Origin: Ministeria vibrans ATCC 50519
Lineage: Eukaryota > Protista > Filasterea
Assembly (NCBI GenBank): GCA_943704425.1
Contig: CALSCP010002467.1
Span: 1-33,670 of the forward strand
Length of the DNA: 33,670 bases
Direction: 5' to 3'
Shown: positions 15,023-26,830 of the stretch, one piece after another
How positions within the stretch are numbered: the stretch's first letter is position 1
How the letters are laid out: each line of letters begins with the position of its first letter
The notes under the pieces: model-generated
What the model saw: only the letters and a program-made list of their open reading frames with translations
Told to the model about the DNA's origin: nothing
Database searches by the model: none
Made by a program: the position numbers and the translations under genes

Positions 15023-15402
15023 TTGCAACAACATTGTTTTGGTATTACGTCTGTTTTTTTCATCTACTTTCCGACCAAGTCAGAGTGCAATGGTGGAGAA
15101 ATAGTGTGCGTAGTCTGCGTACCCTTTTCGATCTTCATGTGCGAACAATCTTGAAGGTCAATCTCCAATCGTTAGTAGAGAGTTTAGAAGATGGGTCTGG
15201 CTGCCTGGGTAAACTGAAACGGATTCGAACTAAATTCAGATTTCAGTTTATTCAGTTGTAATGATTACTTTTTTCAATTGTTCATGACTCAACGATCCCC
15301 TCAAGTGATCGCTGCTGGCGTTGCCGGTACTGTAGCACAGGTGTATGAGTGTGTACTGAACGTGCCCCGCNGTTGTAGTATGATTACTTTTTTCAATTGT
15401 TC

Positions 15403-16822
15403 ATGACTCAACGATCCCCTCAAGTGATCGCTGCTGGCGTTGCCGGTACTGTAGCACAGGTGTATGAGTGTGTACTGAACGTGCCCCGCTCGCGCAGTGG
15501 TTCTTGTGTGCGGTGCGCTGGTGTGGCGTCTCTCGTTGTCGTCGTCGTCATCATTGCTCTCGTCGTCCGTTGCGACCGAACGAGCCTTACGTGAGCGCTT
15601 GGCGGCCGCCGACGCCGCTGTCGTTGCTCTTGAGCGCCATCGGGACGAGTTGGCGGGCATTCTGAACGAGCACATTGCGGCTGGGGCCGACACAGGCGCT
15701 CCGGAAGCGGCAGATCGGCGTCTGCCGCACGACGAAGCGCCCGAGGCGTCTGTCGCGTCTGCCGCCACCGCTGACGGCCGCTTTGTCCTGGTCGACCCCG
15801 CTGAGAGCACCGTGGAGGCAGGCGACAAGACTGTGTTGATTTTGTCCCCAATGAAGGACAGAGGTACGAAAGACAGAGAGAGAGAGAGAGAGAGAGAGAC
15901 AAAGTGATACAGAGAGGAGTGACCTTTTGGTTGTAGGTGCGGGTGGCATCAGTTCGTACCTTCGCCAACTGGCAACGATGGACTACCCCAAGAAACTCAT
16001 ATCGATTGGCATTCTTGAGGGAGATTCGACCGACGACACATTTGCTTCACTCAAGTACCAACGAGAGATTGACTTCATTGACTCACTTACACACACACGC
16101 ACGCACTGTTTCCTCTCTCTGTATTTGCATTTGCAGGGAGCACCTTCCAAAGCTGCAGGAGTACCGGAGTGTGATGTTGATCAAGAAGAACTTCAACTTT
16201 AAGATCACAGGATGGGGGGACCGTCACGCGCTGGGGATCCAGAAGGACCGGCGGGCGGTGATGGCCAAGGCGCGGAACCATCTGCTGATGAGTGCACTGC
16301 GCGACGAAGAGTGGGTGCTGTGGCTGGATAGCGACCTGGCCAGCTATCCGGAGACGCTACTGCGGCAACTGATGGCGAGTGGAAAGCAGATTGTCGTGCC
16401 CAACTGCGTCATGTCCAAGGGAGGGCGCAGCTATGATCTCAACAGCTTCCAGGAGACGGAGCAGAGCGTCAAGCTGCTGGCAGCCATGGACGCCGACCAA
16501 CTCGTCTTTGAAGGGTACGCGGCGACCGACGTGCACCGCAAGCACCTCAGCGACCTGCGCGCTGAACCTGTTGTCCCGCTCGACGGCGTTGGCGGCACCG
16601 CCCTCCTTGTCCACGCCGACATCCACCGCAGCGGCCTTGTCTTTCCCACCTTTGCCTTTGACCATCAGATTGAGACGTACTGTGCCGAGTGTTTCTGTCT
16701 ATTCAGTCTTTGATCGTCTCTTGTTCTCTTTTTGTGTCCGTAGTGAAGGCCTTGCCAAAATGGCTTTGCGAATGGGCTATCAACCGTATGGAATGCCGAA
16801 TCTTGAAGTGCTCCACTACTGA
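15403..16822 (+). CDS. Anp1/Mnn9/Van1-family (GT62) alpha-1,6-mannosyltransferase, type II membrane protein
   Basis: Spliced signal anchor MTQRSPQVIAAGVA|VVLVCGALVWRL; VLILSPMKD; YPKKLISIGILEGDSTDDT; RRAVMAKARNHLLMSAL; WVLWLDSDL (DxD); YDLNSF; LDGVGGTALLVHADIHRSGLVFP; IET|EGLAKMALRMGY..GMPNLEVLHY*. Confidence 0.92.
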
Positions 16823-17028
16823 GTGAATAAAATATTATGTAATATCAATAAATTTATTTGTTTTTGAACTCCTACCCTGCCTGTGTGAACTTTGCGGATT
16901 CCATCGACAGAGTGAAAGATCAGTGATCAACTTTCTACAGAATAGTGCCTTCATAGTGTCTGGTTTGCTCGGCAAAAAAAAAAAAATCGTCGCCTTGACA
17001 ACCGATTGACTACCATCGAAAACACGCA

Positions 17029-19103
17029 ATGGTACGCTTTGCTTTCCGTTGAAACAGACCCGTGATGGTTTACTGCACGCCATCTCATGCCTCAACGGTT
17101 TACTGCTCTCCCCCTGTGGCCCTTTTTCATTCATCTTTCTCACATTCTCGGTGCACTCTCCGGCAGGCCCACCACTCCCCCGCCGACCTGCTCCCGCGTA
17201 TCTCTCCACGACGAACGCCGTCGACGTCGTCCGCCTCAAAGGACGGAGGCATGGTGGTGCTGTCGCAGAGTCAGCTTGACACTATTCGTCGGCGCAGTGT
17301 CAACATGTCTAACTCAACGCCAACGCTTCCTCCCGCCTCCCGCTCGCCTTCGTCTTCGCCTCACGACCGCCAGCGACACCTCCAGCAGATTGCTGATGCC
17401 GAAGCGTCCTTGGTGGCGCGATCGGCCGAGCAACAGAGACGCGACGAGGCGATCAGGGCTCGAGCACAGCGTCTATCCATTGATCAGAGCGAGGAGCTGC
17501 GTCGACTGAGCGAGCTTGTCAACCAAGCAAAGGCGTCGAGTGTTGTTGAGCAACAAAAACAGGAAAAGCGTGAAATGGAGTCACGTCAGCGTGACCGAGA
17601 GCGGTTGGAAAGTGCGGAAATTGAGCGACAGAGATTGGCACAACTTGAACAAGTACGCATTATATTATTATGCATCATAATATCAACGCGTCTTCTTCCT
17701 GTGTCTGTTCTTTCTCTTGTTTGTCATTGCAGGAACAATATGAAATAGAACGCAAACGAAACGAACGCGCTGCCATTCGCGACGCACAGCTACAACAGAG
17801 TCAAGAAAAGAAGGACCAACGGTTGTTTCAGAGAGAACTCAATGACGAAGTACAAAAACACCAAAGAGCGGGGGAAAAGACTCTCTACGAAGTGTATATT
17901 TAATATTGATTTGTTGTTTACTTTAGCAATCACGAGCAATGCTAAGAGAATGCGGTACACTACAACAAAAAGTTTCTAAAATTATGTCGCTCAAGTTTGT
18001 TTTGTTTGTTTTTTGTTTGTTTGTTTTTACTTTTGTTGTAGAAGCGCAATTGAAAGCAAACGAACGAGCAATTGCAGCAAAGAAGGAGGAAACCCGACGG
18101 TTTGTGGAGAGCATGCGCAAAGCAGACCAGAGCCGCAAACATTTGTATGAGTCCCGTCGGAGCCTGGTCAGAGAACGATCGTGTGTTTCTTATGATACTA
18201 ATAATGACTGTGATATTATTATTATTTCTATTTCTAATGTAAATAATGATAATAATTATTATTTTATTATTTTATTCTTTGTAGGCACGTAAAGAGGAGA
18301 TGGAGTGTGAGCGAGAGCAGCAGGCGAAGGAGGAACGGCAGAAGTTGATACAGAAACAGAGAGAGTTGAGTGTGCAACGGAATGCACTGCGAGCGGAACG
18401 AGCGTCAAAAGACGTAAGGAATAGATTGATTGGCGAGTCACTTTCATGCGTCTAATTACAATCGTTACGTCATTTTATTTTTAGTTGGTTGCTGTGAGTG
18501 ATGCGGTACGCTTGCGTGAACTTGTGAGTGAGCGGCGGGGGCAGGAGGCAGTAGAGCGGGGGTGGCGCGAGCGGATGGTGCGGGAAGGGGAAGAGCGGGA
18601 GCGAAAGCGGAGAGAGGTTGAGCGGGCGAGCGAAGCACAAAGGCGAGAGAAGGAGCGAGAGAAGGAGCGGCTGCGGGAGAGGGAGGAGCGGGAAGAGCGG
18701 GAGGGTTGGATGCGGGGGGAGCAGATGGAGAGGGAACGGGAGCGGAGGGAGAGGGAGACACGCGAGAGGAAGGAACGCGACCAGAGGGTGTTGGTGGAGC
18801 AGATGGAGGAGATGCGAGTGCGTAGAGCGCAGGAGGCCGAGATGGAGATGAGCCTGCGACAAGAAGCTGAGGAGCATGAAAAACACCGAATGGCTTTGAT
18901 TGAGCAGCGCAAGAACGAAAAGGTAGAAAGATCTTTGTGTACCCTTTTGTTTGTTTTGATTGTTTGTCTATTAGATTGCCGAATTGAAGCAAATGGGAGT
19001 ACCTCAAGAGTACATTCAGGCAGTGGTGCGTCGTTCACAGGAACCTGGGGAGAAGCGTATGTTTTCACGGGCGATTGACAGTGGTTTGCATCGTTGGAAG
19101 TAA
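17029..19103 (+). CDS. Cilia- and flagella-associated coiled-coil protein, CFAP45-like (trichohyalin-plectin homology domain)
   Basis: ATG 17029 followed directly by an intron, then AHHSPAD..VVLSQSQLDTIR..QSEELRRLSELVNQAK..VEQQKQEK; long E/R-rich coiled coil over several exons; C-terminal IAELKQMGVPQEY; stop TAA 19101-19103. Confidence 0.7.
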
Positions 19104-19679
19104 AGTGTTGTTGTTACTTTTTATACTATATATACATAATTATAATTATTTATCTCCTCTCGAGCTCGAGAAATACTTTCACTTGATTTATTTCATTATT
19201 TCCATAGCAACTTAGCAAGTTAGAACACATTCGACATTCGTCTGTCATTCGACAAAATACAAATCAATGTAAAATTGTGACAAATAATAAATAATTTGTT
19301 ATTTAATTGACAGACAAAACTTTTTTGTAGAAAAAAACACGCACAATCCACTGTGACAGAATTGACACGCGAAAGTGTCCAAGCGATTTAGGTCTTGGGA
19401 GGCGAATCAGGTAATGGAGAAAGGCAGAAAATGAGAGAGGGGAAAAATATTGTTTCGTTGTTGCGAAACCGATGCTGCGTGTGTCAAGCTGGACTGCATT
19501 GTGCTGGTGGGGTGGCGGTGGATGTGACGAAGTGTGATTCTGGGCTGTGGTTTGTGACGCGCGAGAGAGAGAGAAAAACAATTGTTTTACGTTCGTTTCA
19601 GTTTTGTCTCGTCGAATTGAGAGCTTCCTTTGGCTCACAGTGCATGTGTATGGCTCATGCCGCACGGTTTCTCCTTCAG

Positions 19680-20207
19680 GAAATGCCGAATGCGCGCTAC
19701 GCTGTCGATGGGGCGCTGTTGGCCTTCAGCGACACGGACGCTCCACAAGTGACGCTGTTCCAGGCGCACCCGGACGGCTCTGAGCGGGTTGGGCGGGCTC
19801 TTGCGACGTGGCACGCCGACCCCTGGGAGATAGCACTCAGTCCCGATGCCCAGTGGCTCGTGGTTGCCTCAGAGACCCCCCAGGCCGTCGTGTTTTCGCT
19901 GGACGAGTTGACCCCTGTCAGGTCACTCACTGGGCATCTCAGGTGAGAGGGAAACCCCCCCTTTCAATCACATACTTTGACGATGGCCCTTGCTTCTATT
20001 GTGTCTTCGATCCTTAACTGTGCAACGCTTTTTTGTTTGTTTTTTTATTATATTTTGATATTTTATTTTGTGCTGTGACAGTTCTGTTCATTCGGTCCGA
20101 GTGTCCCCCGATGGACTCCGAGTGGTCACTGGGTCGAAAGACACGACCATCAAAGTGTGGGAATTCCACAGTGGAGTGTGCACTCTTACTCTTACTGGTC
20201 ACAGTGG

Positions 20208-20303
<96 letters not shown>

Positions 20304-23300
20304 TATCACTGTGTGTGTGGCTTATTTCCATTTGTGTAGTCGCGTCTGGTCTGTTGATTTCCCACCCAATGGACTCAAACTGGTCAGTGGAAGTGCAGAC
20401 CACTCAATTCGAGTGTGGGACAGTCAATCGGGAGAGTGTCTACTCATTCTGAAGGAACACACAGGGTAAGAGCGACTACGATTTGTGGGTCCAACTGTTC
20501 TCTTTTTTTTGCATTTTAGTACTGTCCGATCAGTGAGATTTTCACCCGATGGAACCAAAATATTAAGTGGCTCTTGGGACAACACAATGAAACTCTGGGA
20601 CAGTCAAACGGGAAAATGCGAAATCACGTTTATCGGACATTCACTGTACGCTTGATTGGATTCAAACGCAACACAAAGAACAGAAACAATTTTTGTAGCT
20701 CGGTCCTTTGTGTGTCATTCTCATTTGATGGACAAACAGTGCTCAGTGGATCATCCGACCACACTATCAAAATATGGTCTGTTGTGACTGGAGAGTGTCT
20801 CAAAACACTTATTGGACACTCAGCGTATGTCACTCTATCACTATTCGAGAACCAATCTCTCATGTGCCTCTTTCTTTTGCAGCCATCTGTGCTCAGCAGT
20901 GTTTTCGCCTGATGGTCATTATGTGATCAGTGGGTCAGAGGACTATACTGTGAAAGTGTGGAATGTGCAAACGGAACAGTGCGAAGAGACATTTGAGGAA
21001 CATTCACAGTGAGAAGAATTAACTGCAGTGTGTAGAAAGAGTGAGTGTGTCTGACCAGTCGGTTTTTAGAATTGTTCGCTCAGTCGCACTGTCTCGAGAC
21101 GGAAGCACTATCTACAGTGGATCTGCTGACAAGACAATCAAAGTGTGGACTCGATCCAAAGGAACCATTCGCAAACGATTCCCACTCCCTTCAAAGTGAG
21201 ACAGTCACTCTTTTTGTGTAACACTCATTCCCGTTGTAGAGTGGAGTCGATTGAGTTCTCTTCGGATGGGAAGACACTAATCGCACATTGCACAGACAAG
21301 ACAGATCACAGATGGCCCATGGGCGAGTTCATCACGTGAGAAGCACACTCCAAATCAGACAAAATGACTCTATTGAACTCCCTTTGGGTGTGTGTCTTTT
21401 TCTTTTTCCTTTTTTTGCAGTGCGCTCACGGACAGCAGTGTGTACCAGAAGGCGTTTCTTGCAGCAGTGCAACGAGGCTCAGTGCAGCCACGCACGATCA
21501 AACTGCTGTGTCTAGGGGCAGTGATGGCTGGGAAGACAACCCTGCTACATGCACTGCGCGGACTGACGCTGCCCACCGACGCAGATCGGTCCATTGCTAC
21601 TCGACTGCAGCGACTGCGTCTGGTCTACCGCGGAGACAAGGGCTTCTTTGAGGCTGTACCGCAGGAGGAGTTTCACCTTGCCAGTCTCATTGGGGGACAG
21701 TCTCATCTTGATGTGTCTTCTGCTGCGGGCGCCTTATCCCCACCAACACATCCATCCACAACCACCACGACACTAGACTCCGGCTCATCGTCAGCTCCAG
21801 CCCCCTCGTCCCGCCCTTCCTCACCACTCCCATCGTCCTTGCCACCTTCCTCCCCACTCCCACCCTCGTCCTCTCCCACTGCCTCAGACACGATGCAGGC
21901 GGTGCACACCCTGCTCGAGACTGAACTGCGCGACGGTCACATTGACCTCGAGACATTCGACTTTGCAGGTCAGTCGTCTTGAGCCAAGTTTTTTTTACTC
22001 TGATCCGTTTCTTTCCTCTCTCTGTATCTCCGTACCTTTTAGGCGAAGAGACGTTTGATTCACTCCCTGCACTCTTCATGGGCTCCGAGTCACTGTACGT
22101 GATTGTCTTTGACCTGTCTGTGATGCGCGACACAGCCCCGGCGGAGCGACAGTACGAGCACATCACCAAGTGGGCGCACATCATTGCCCACCAAGTGCCC
22201 ACTAGCAGCAATGCCTACTTCCGCGTCATTCTCGTCGGCACCCACCTTGACACGTTCCCCGACGAGACGGTGCCGGCCGATCTGCTCACCGTCATCTCCG
22301 ACAAGATCCTGCGTCTGGTGGGCTATCTGCTCGGCAACCATCTGATGCGCCCGACCGATGGCTCAAATATGCCCTTCTTCCAGGTGGGCAGCAGCACCAA
22401 AGTGGGACTGGGCGCACTCACTCAAGCACTGCGCGACTCAGTGCGACCACGCACACTACCACTGGAGTATGTGTGTGTGCAGGATTTGCTGGGTCGCGCG
22501 GCACGCCAGAACGCGATTCCTCTTTTGTCGCCCGTGGCACAGTTGGACACACTCGAGCTCAATCGCGACCCATTGATCACACTGTCGGCCCTGCTGCCTG
22601 ACTTGTCGTCTGTGCGCACGGGTCTTGTACCGTACCTGGAGTCTGCGGCGGACATTGTGGTGTGCCGTGAGGATGTGACGGGGCAGACCCTGTGCGACTC
22701 GGACACGATTGTGTTCAACATTCCACGCCTGATCTCAGCGGTGGAGCTGTTGTGCTCGGTGGTGATGGCACGTTGGGGCCGGGCGACGAGTGCACGCGCA
22801 AAGGAGATGCTGGCCAAAGTCATTGCAGCGGGACACAGCGTCGAGTTCCAACAGACTGAGCGAGTGTTGAAGCGACTAGACTCATCTCTCAATCGTGCGG
22901 AAGAAGGATTTCCTCGCGAGGTGGCGGAGTGGCTCCTGTGGACTGCGGCCAAGACGAGGAGTAACGACCCTGTGCTTGTAGGTGCGGACGTGACGAACAC
23001 TGCGGCATTCATGTCGTGTTTGGCACATCTCAATCTGCTGCATTGTCACGAAGACCGTCTGCTGATGCCGATGTTGTTGCCTGAGACTGCGTCTTTTGCG
23101 ACGAGTTTAACTGCCCCATCGGCGGCGGAGGTGTTCCTGTACCAGATGATTACGACGGCGTCTGGGGACTGGGAGGCGCTTCCCGTGTCACTGGCAACGT
23201 TCCATCTGGTGGTGGTGGCATTGTGGCGAGCGAGTCTGCCCGACAGTCCCATTGAGGCAACACAGCGATGTACCAATGCGATGTCGATGGACGGGTGTGT

Positions 23301-24519
23301 GCCAGTGCGACTGCGACTCAACACGGAGGAGACCTTTATTCGAGTTGAGTTGCTCAAGGACACGACTGCCAAGACAGTCGAGATGACGTGGACACGACTG
23401 ATTGAGCGAGTGTGTGAGTCGACGCGGTCACTGCGGTGGGGCTGGCGTGGATGTGCTGTTGTTGTGCCCGCGCATCCTTTTACGACTGACAAGTCGCGTC
23501 CGCTGTTTGAGCCTGAAAAGATCGCTGCACGCCCGATGCACTACCGTGAAATTGCAACGGTGGAGAGTGAGCTTGCACGGTGGACGGGACAGCCAAGCTG
23601 CAATGCGTCTCTGGAGCAGTGGTGGGTCAAGAAACCTCGTAAGAGAAAAATGCAAGTTCGTTTCTTCCATTGATATTATTGTATTATTTTAGCCACTGGC
23701 ATCTACTCGCATGCGTCCGCCCTGATCATTGGGGTGAGTCAGTTCTGCTCCACGGGCAATCCGGCACTGAGTGCGTACCCTGACCTTCCGGGTGTGGCGC
23801 AGAGTGTGAAGTTGCTGGAGAAGATGTGGAGGGAACGTGAGTTTGACGTGGAGACGGTGGTGGACAAGCAAAAAGGACAGCGAGTGACCAAGACGGAGAT
23901 CGTTGCTGCAGCACGCAAGTTGGCCGAGAAGGCTCAGGAGCGTGCCGGGAAGGATTCGCTCCTGATTGTGCATCTAATTGGTCATGGAGTGGACGACAAC
24001 ACAGGCGGTCTTCTCCTGAGTGACGCCTGGACGTCGTGTGTTGGTCATACCAGTCGCTTTACAGTCCGCTCGCTTGGTGACATCTTGCAAGACGAAGCCG
24101 GCTGGAAAGGCTGCAACATTCTCTTATTCTGCGACTTCTGCAACAGCGGCGCACTAATTCAGCCGGAGGAGGAACTGACGATGGACGAGAGCTTTGCTCC
24201 AGTGCAGCGCTACTCGCGACAGATGATCACAAGCTGCATCAAGCGAGTGAAATCTTACATGACATTCAGTGAGGACAAAACGCAGATGACGAAGCTGCTG
24301 CTACGCGCCCTTGACAATTTGAACCCCTCTGCGTTTCGAGACGGCGATGAAGTGCTGAGTGCGGTTGAGCTGCGTCGTCGTCTGCTGACACTGGACCGCG
24401 AGAAAACGTTTCAGTCTGCGCTGATAGGGCGAATTTGGAACGACTGGAGTAGCGGAACCGCCAACGACGGAGACATCTTTCTGTACAAGTACGGAAGTGG
24501 TGTCCGAAAGGAGCCATGA
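19680..24519 (+). CDS. WD40-repeat / Roc GTPase / COR-like / caspase-like (peptidase C14 fold) multidomain Roco protein, about 1360 aa, at least 11 exons
   Basis: Exons 19680-19942, 20082-20207, 20340-20465, 20520-20645, 20699-20824, 20883-21008, 21070-21195, 21240-21335, 21421-21968, 22043-23638, 23693-24519 join in frame via GT-AG introns. Roc motifs: IKLLCLGAVMAGKTTLL, TFDFAG|E, LYVIVFDLS, ILVGTHLD. Protease motifs: ALIIG, LIVHLIGHG, LLFCDFCNSG. The 5' end may include a further upstream exon. Confidence 0.85.
20212..20298. repeat. Compound (GA)n(TA)n microsatellite in a WD40 intron
   Basis: Directly visible. Confidence 0.95.
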
Positions 24520-24637
24520 GAGTCATTTTCACATGAATAAAATTTAATAATATAATTAACTCATTTCACAAATCACAAATTTCTCCTCTCTCAAAAAAAA
24601 ATACCCCTCCACCTCCCCACTACACCTTACACATACC

Positions 24638-25996
24638 ATGTCAGACACCAACACCAAACTCCGTGATCTCTGGAACTCGATTTCCTGCGGCGAGCTTGTT
24701 CGCGATCAAAACTTCCAACCGATCACTGTGGACTCCAACATGTCGATGCGGGACGTGTGCATTGTAAGATAATCGTTTGTGTGTGTTCCCAGCGCCCCTT
24801 TGAGTCACTCGGCACTTCGATTCAGTCGATGTGGCGGAAGTGCGAGTTTTTGGGGAAGTGCGAGTTTTTGATAAAACGAAGAAAAAAAAAGGTTGAAATC
24901 CCCTTATTAATCATCGCTGTTTCTCCATGGATAGGCACTCAGTACAGCTGGCATTACGTCGGCACCCGTGCTGGACCGTAAAACGAACCAGTTCGTCGGC
25001 CTCATTCAGTACGCAGATATTCTTGAGTTGATTCTCGCGTCGCTTCATATGGCAACCGTGCCCGAATCGCACGTTGCCATTGCCGACATGGTTCAAGTGG
25101 GCGAAGGCCCGCGTGCCACCGCCAAGACAGTTGCCGGTAAGGCTTGTTTCATCTCGATTACAATTTTTTAACTTATCATCATCATAACTCTAATCATTGA
25201 TTATACTTTTGTTGTGTAGAGCTGAGCGGCCGTGATCCCTTCCGCCCTTTCATGGCATCGGCGCCACTGCTTTCAGCGGTGCAGGCTCTGACAGCTCCGG
25301 GTGTGCACCGAGGAGCAGTTCTCGAGGACGAGCCAACGGAGCTCATTGGCATTCTGAGTCAGTCAACCATCCTCAAGAAGACCCTTCCGAAGTTGATCGA
25401 GACAGTGCCCGATCTCCTTGCCAAGACAGTCGCGGAACTCAACTTGGGTACCAAGGATATTATTTCGGTCACGACAGGCATGCAAGTGATCAAGGCAATG
25501 GAGCTTATTCACATGCACAAGATCACCGCAGTCGCCATTGTCGATCCCGTCTCGGGCGCCCTCTTTGGCAACATCAGCGTCTCCGACATTAAGGCCGTCT
25601 TTAAGGCCCGAGGATACGCCCTCCTCAAGGGGTAAAAAAAAAAAAATCCGCAATGTTGTATTCATATTCGTTTTCTTTTAGGTCTTGCGCACAGTTTATC
25701 CGCCATCTCCGTCAGGATGCAGACTCACTTGCCTCCGTTGCCACTGAGAAGGCACGATTCCCCTTCTTCTGTGTCAGCCAAGTAAGACACTGAAACAAAA
25801 AATATTTTACGAATAAATTTTATAATGATTGTCTTATTCTGATCTTTTCGTCTCATAGGATGCGACACTTAAGACAGTCCTTCAAAAACTCGTCACCCTG
25901 CACATCCACCATGTGTTTGTCGCCGACAGCAAGTCCGTTCCCACCGGCTTCATTTCCCTCACTGATGTTCTCCGTGTCCTTAAGCCCACCGACTAA
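24638..25996 (+). CDS. CBS-domain protein (AMPK gamma / Sds23-like, four CBS motifs), multi-exon
   Basis: GITSAPVLDRKTNQFVGLI; PGVHRGAVL..LIGILSQS; HKITAVAIVD..LFGNISVSDIK; LHIHHVFVAD..PTGFISLTDVL; stop TAA 25994-25996. Confidence 0.88.
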
Positions 25997-26187
25997 ATCG
26001 AAAAAAAACATCTTTCCTCTCTTCTGTATACAGCAATTAACAAAAGAGAAATACTATAACCTACTACTTAACTTGGTTTACTTTTTGAATTTTTGATAAA
26101 ATAAATATTATTAGAAAACATATTAATTTTCTTTTGATAATTTCACTGTATCAAATTAGAATTATTATTGTTTTTGATTTACTTTGT

Positions 26188-26753
26188 ATGACATTTGCGC
26201 TTGTTGCGTCGCGATGCGGTCTTGGGCGCCTCCAGACGATCCGTGCCGCGTCGTCTGTCGCCTCGAAGCCATCTGCGTTTGTTCACCGGCACGTGGGGCC
26301 GCGCGAGGAGCAGATTCAGGGCATGGTGGAAATGTGTGGGGCAACCAGTCTGGATGACCTCACAGAACACACAATTCCGCGCTCCATTCGCCTCAATCGT
26401 CAACTGGACCTCGCCTCCGTGCCAAGCGAGACCGCTCTCTACGATCTCGTTCGCTCCATCGCCCAGCAGAACAAGGTACGTCACTCTGCGCAATCTCAAG
26501 TTCAAAAAAAAAAAAAAAACGCAACATGTCATCCCACTTTGTGAAAACAAAGCGGAGAGCCCGTAAGACACTGCGCAGCTCTTCCCATTACCCCCACTGT
26601 TCACTCACCACCCCTTGTTTTGGCCGATGGGTGCCAAGTTGAGAGAGCACGTTGGCAAAAAGGAGTTTTTATCATCAGAATAATAATAATAGTATTATTA
26701 TTATTATTGCTCATCCGTCCTCTTTCCGCTCTATCGCTTTGTTTCTTTCTCCC

Positions 26754-26830
<77 letters not shown>

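Noticed and set aside
15255-15489. About 110-bp direct duplication of the 5' end of the GT62 gene
   Set aside because: The two near-identical copies flank a single N at 15371, typical of an unmerged contig overlap (assembly artefact).
20082-21195. Regularly spaced repeats suggestive of a CRISPR-like array
   Set aside because: The units are diverged protein-coding WD40 exons separated by GT-AG introns; there are no identical DNA repeats or cas genes.
21979-24519. Treating ORFs 21979-23673 and 23734-24519 as independent genes
   Set aside because: Both start mid-domain at non-ATG codons, and canonical in-frame splice sites join them to the upstream exons.
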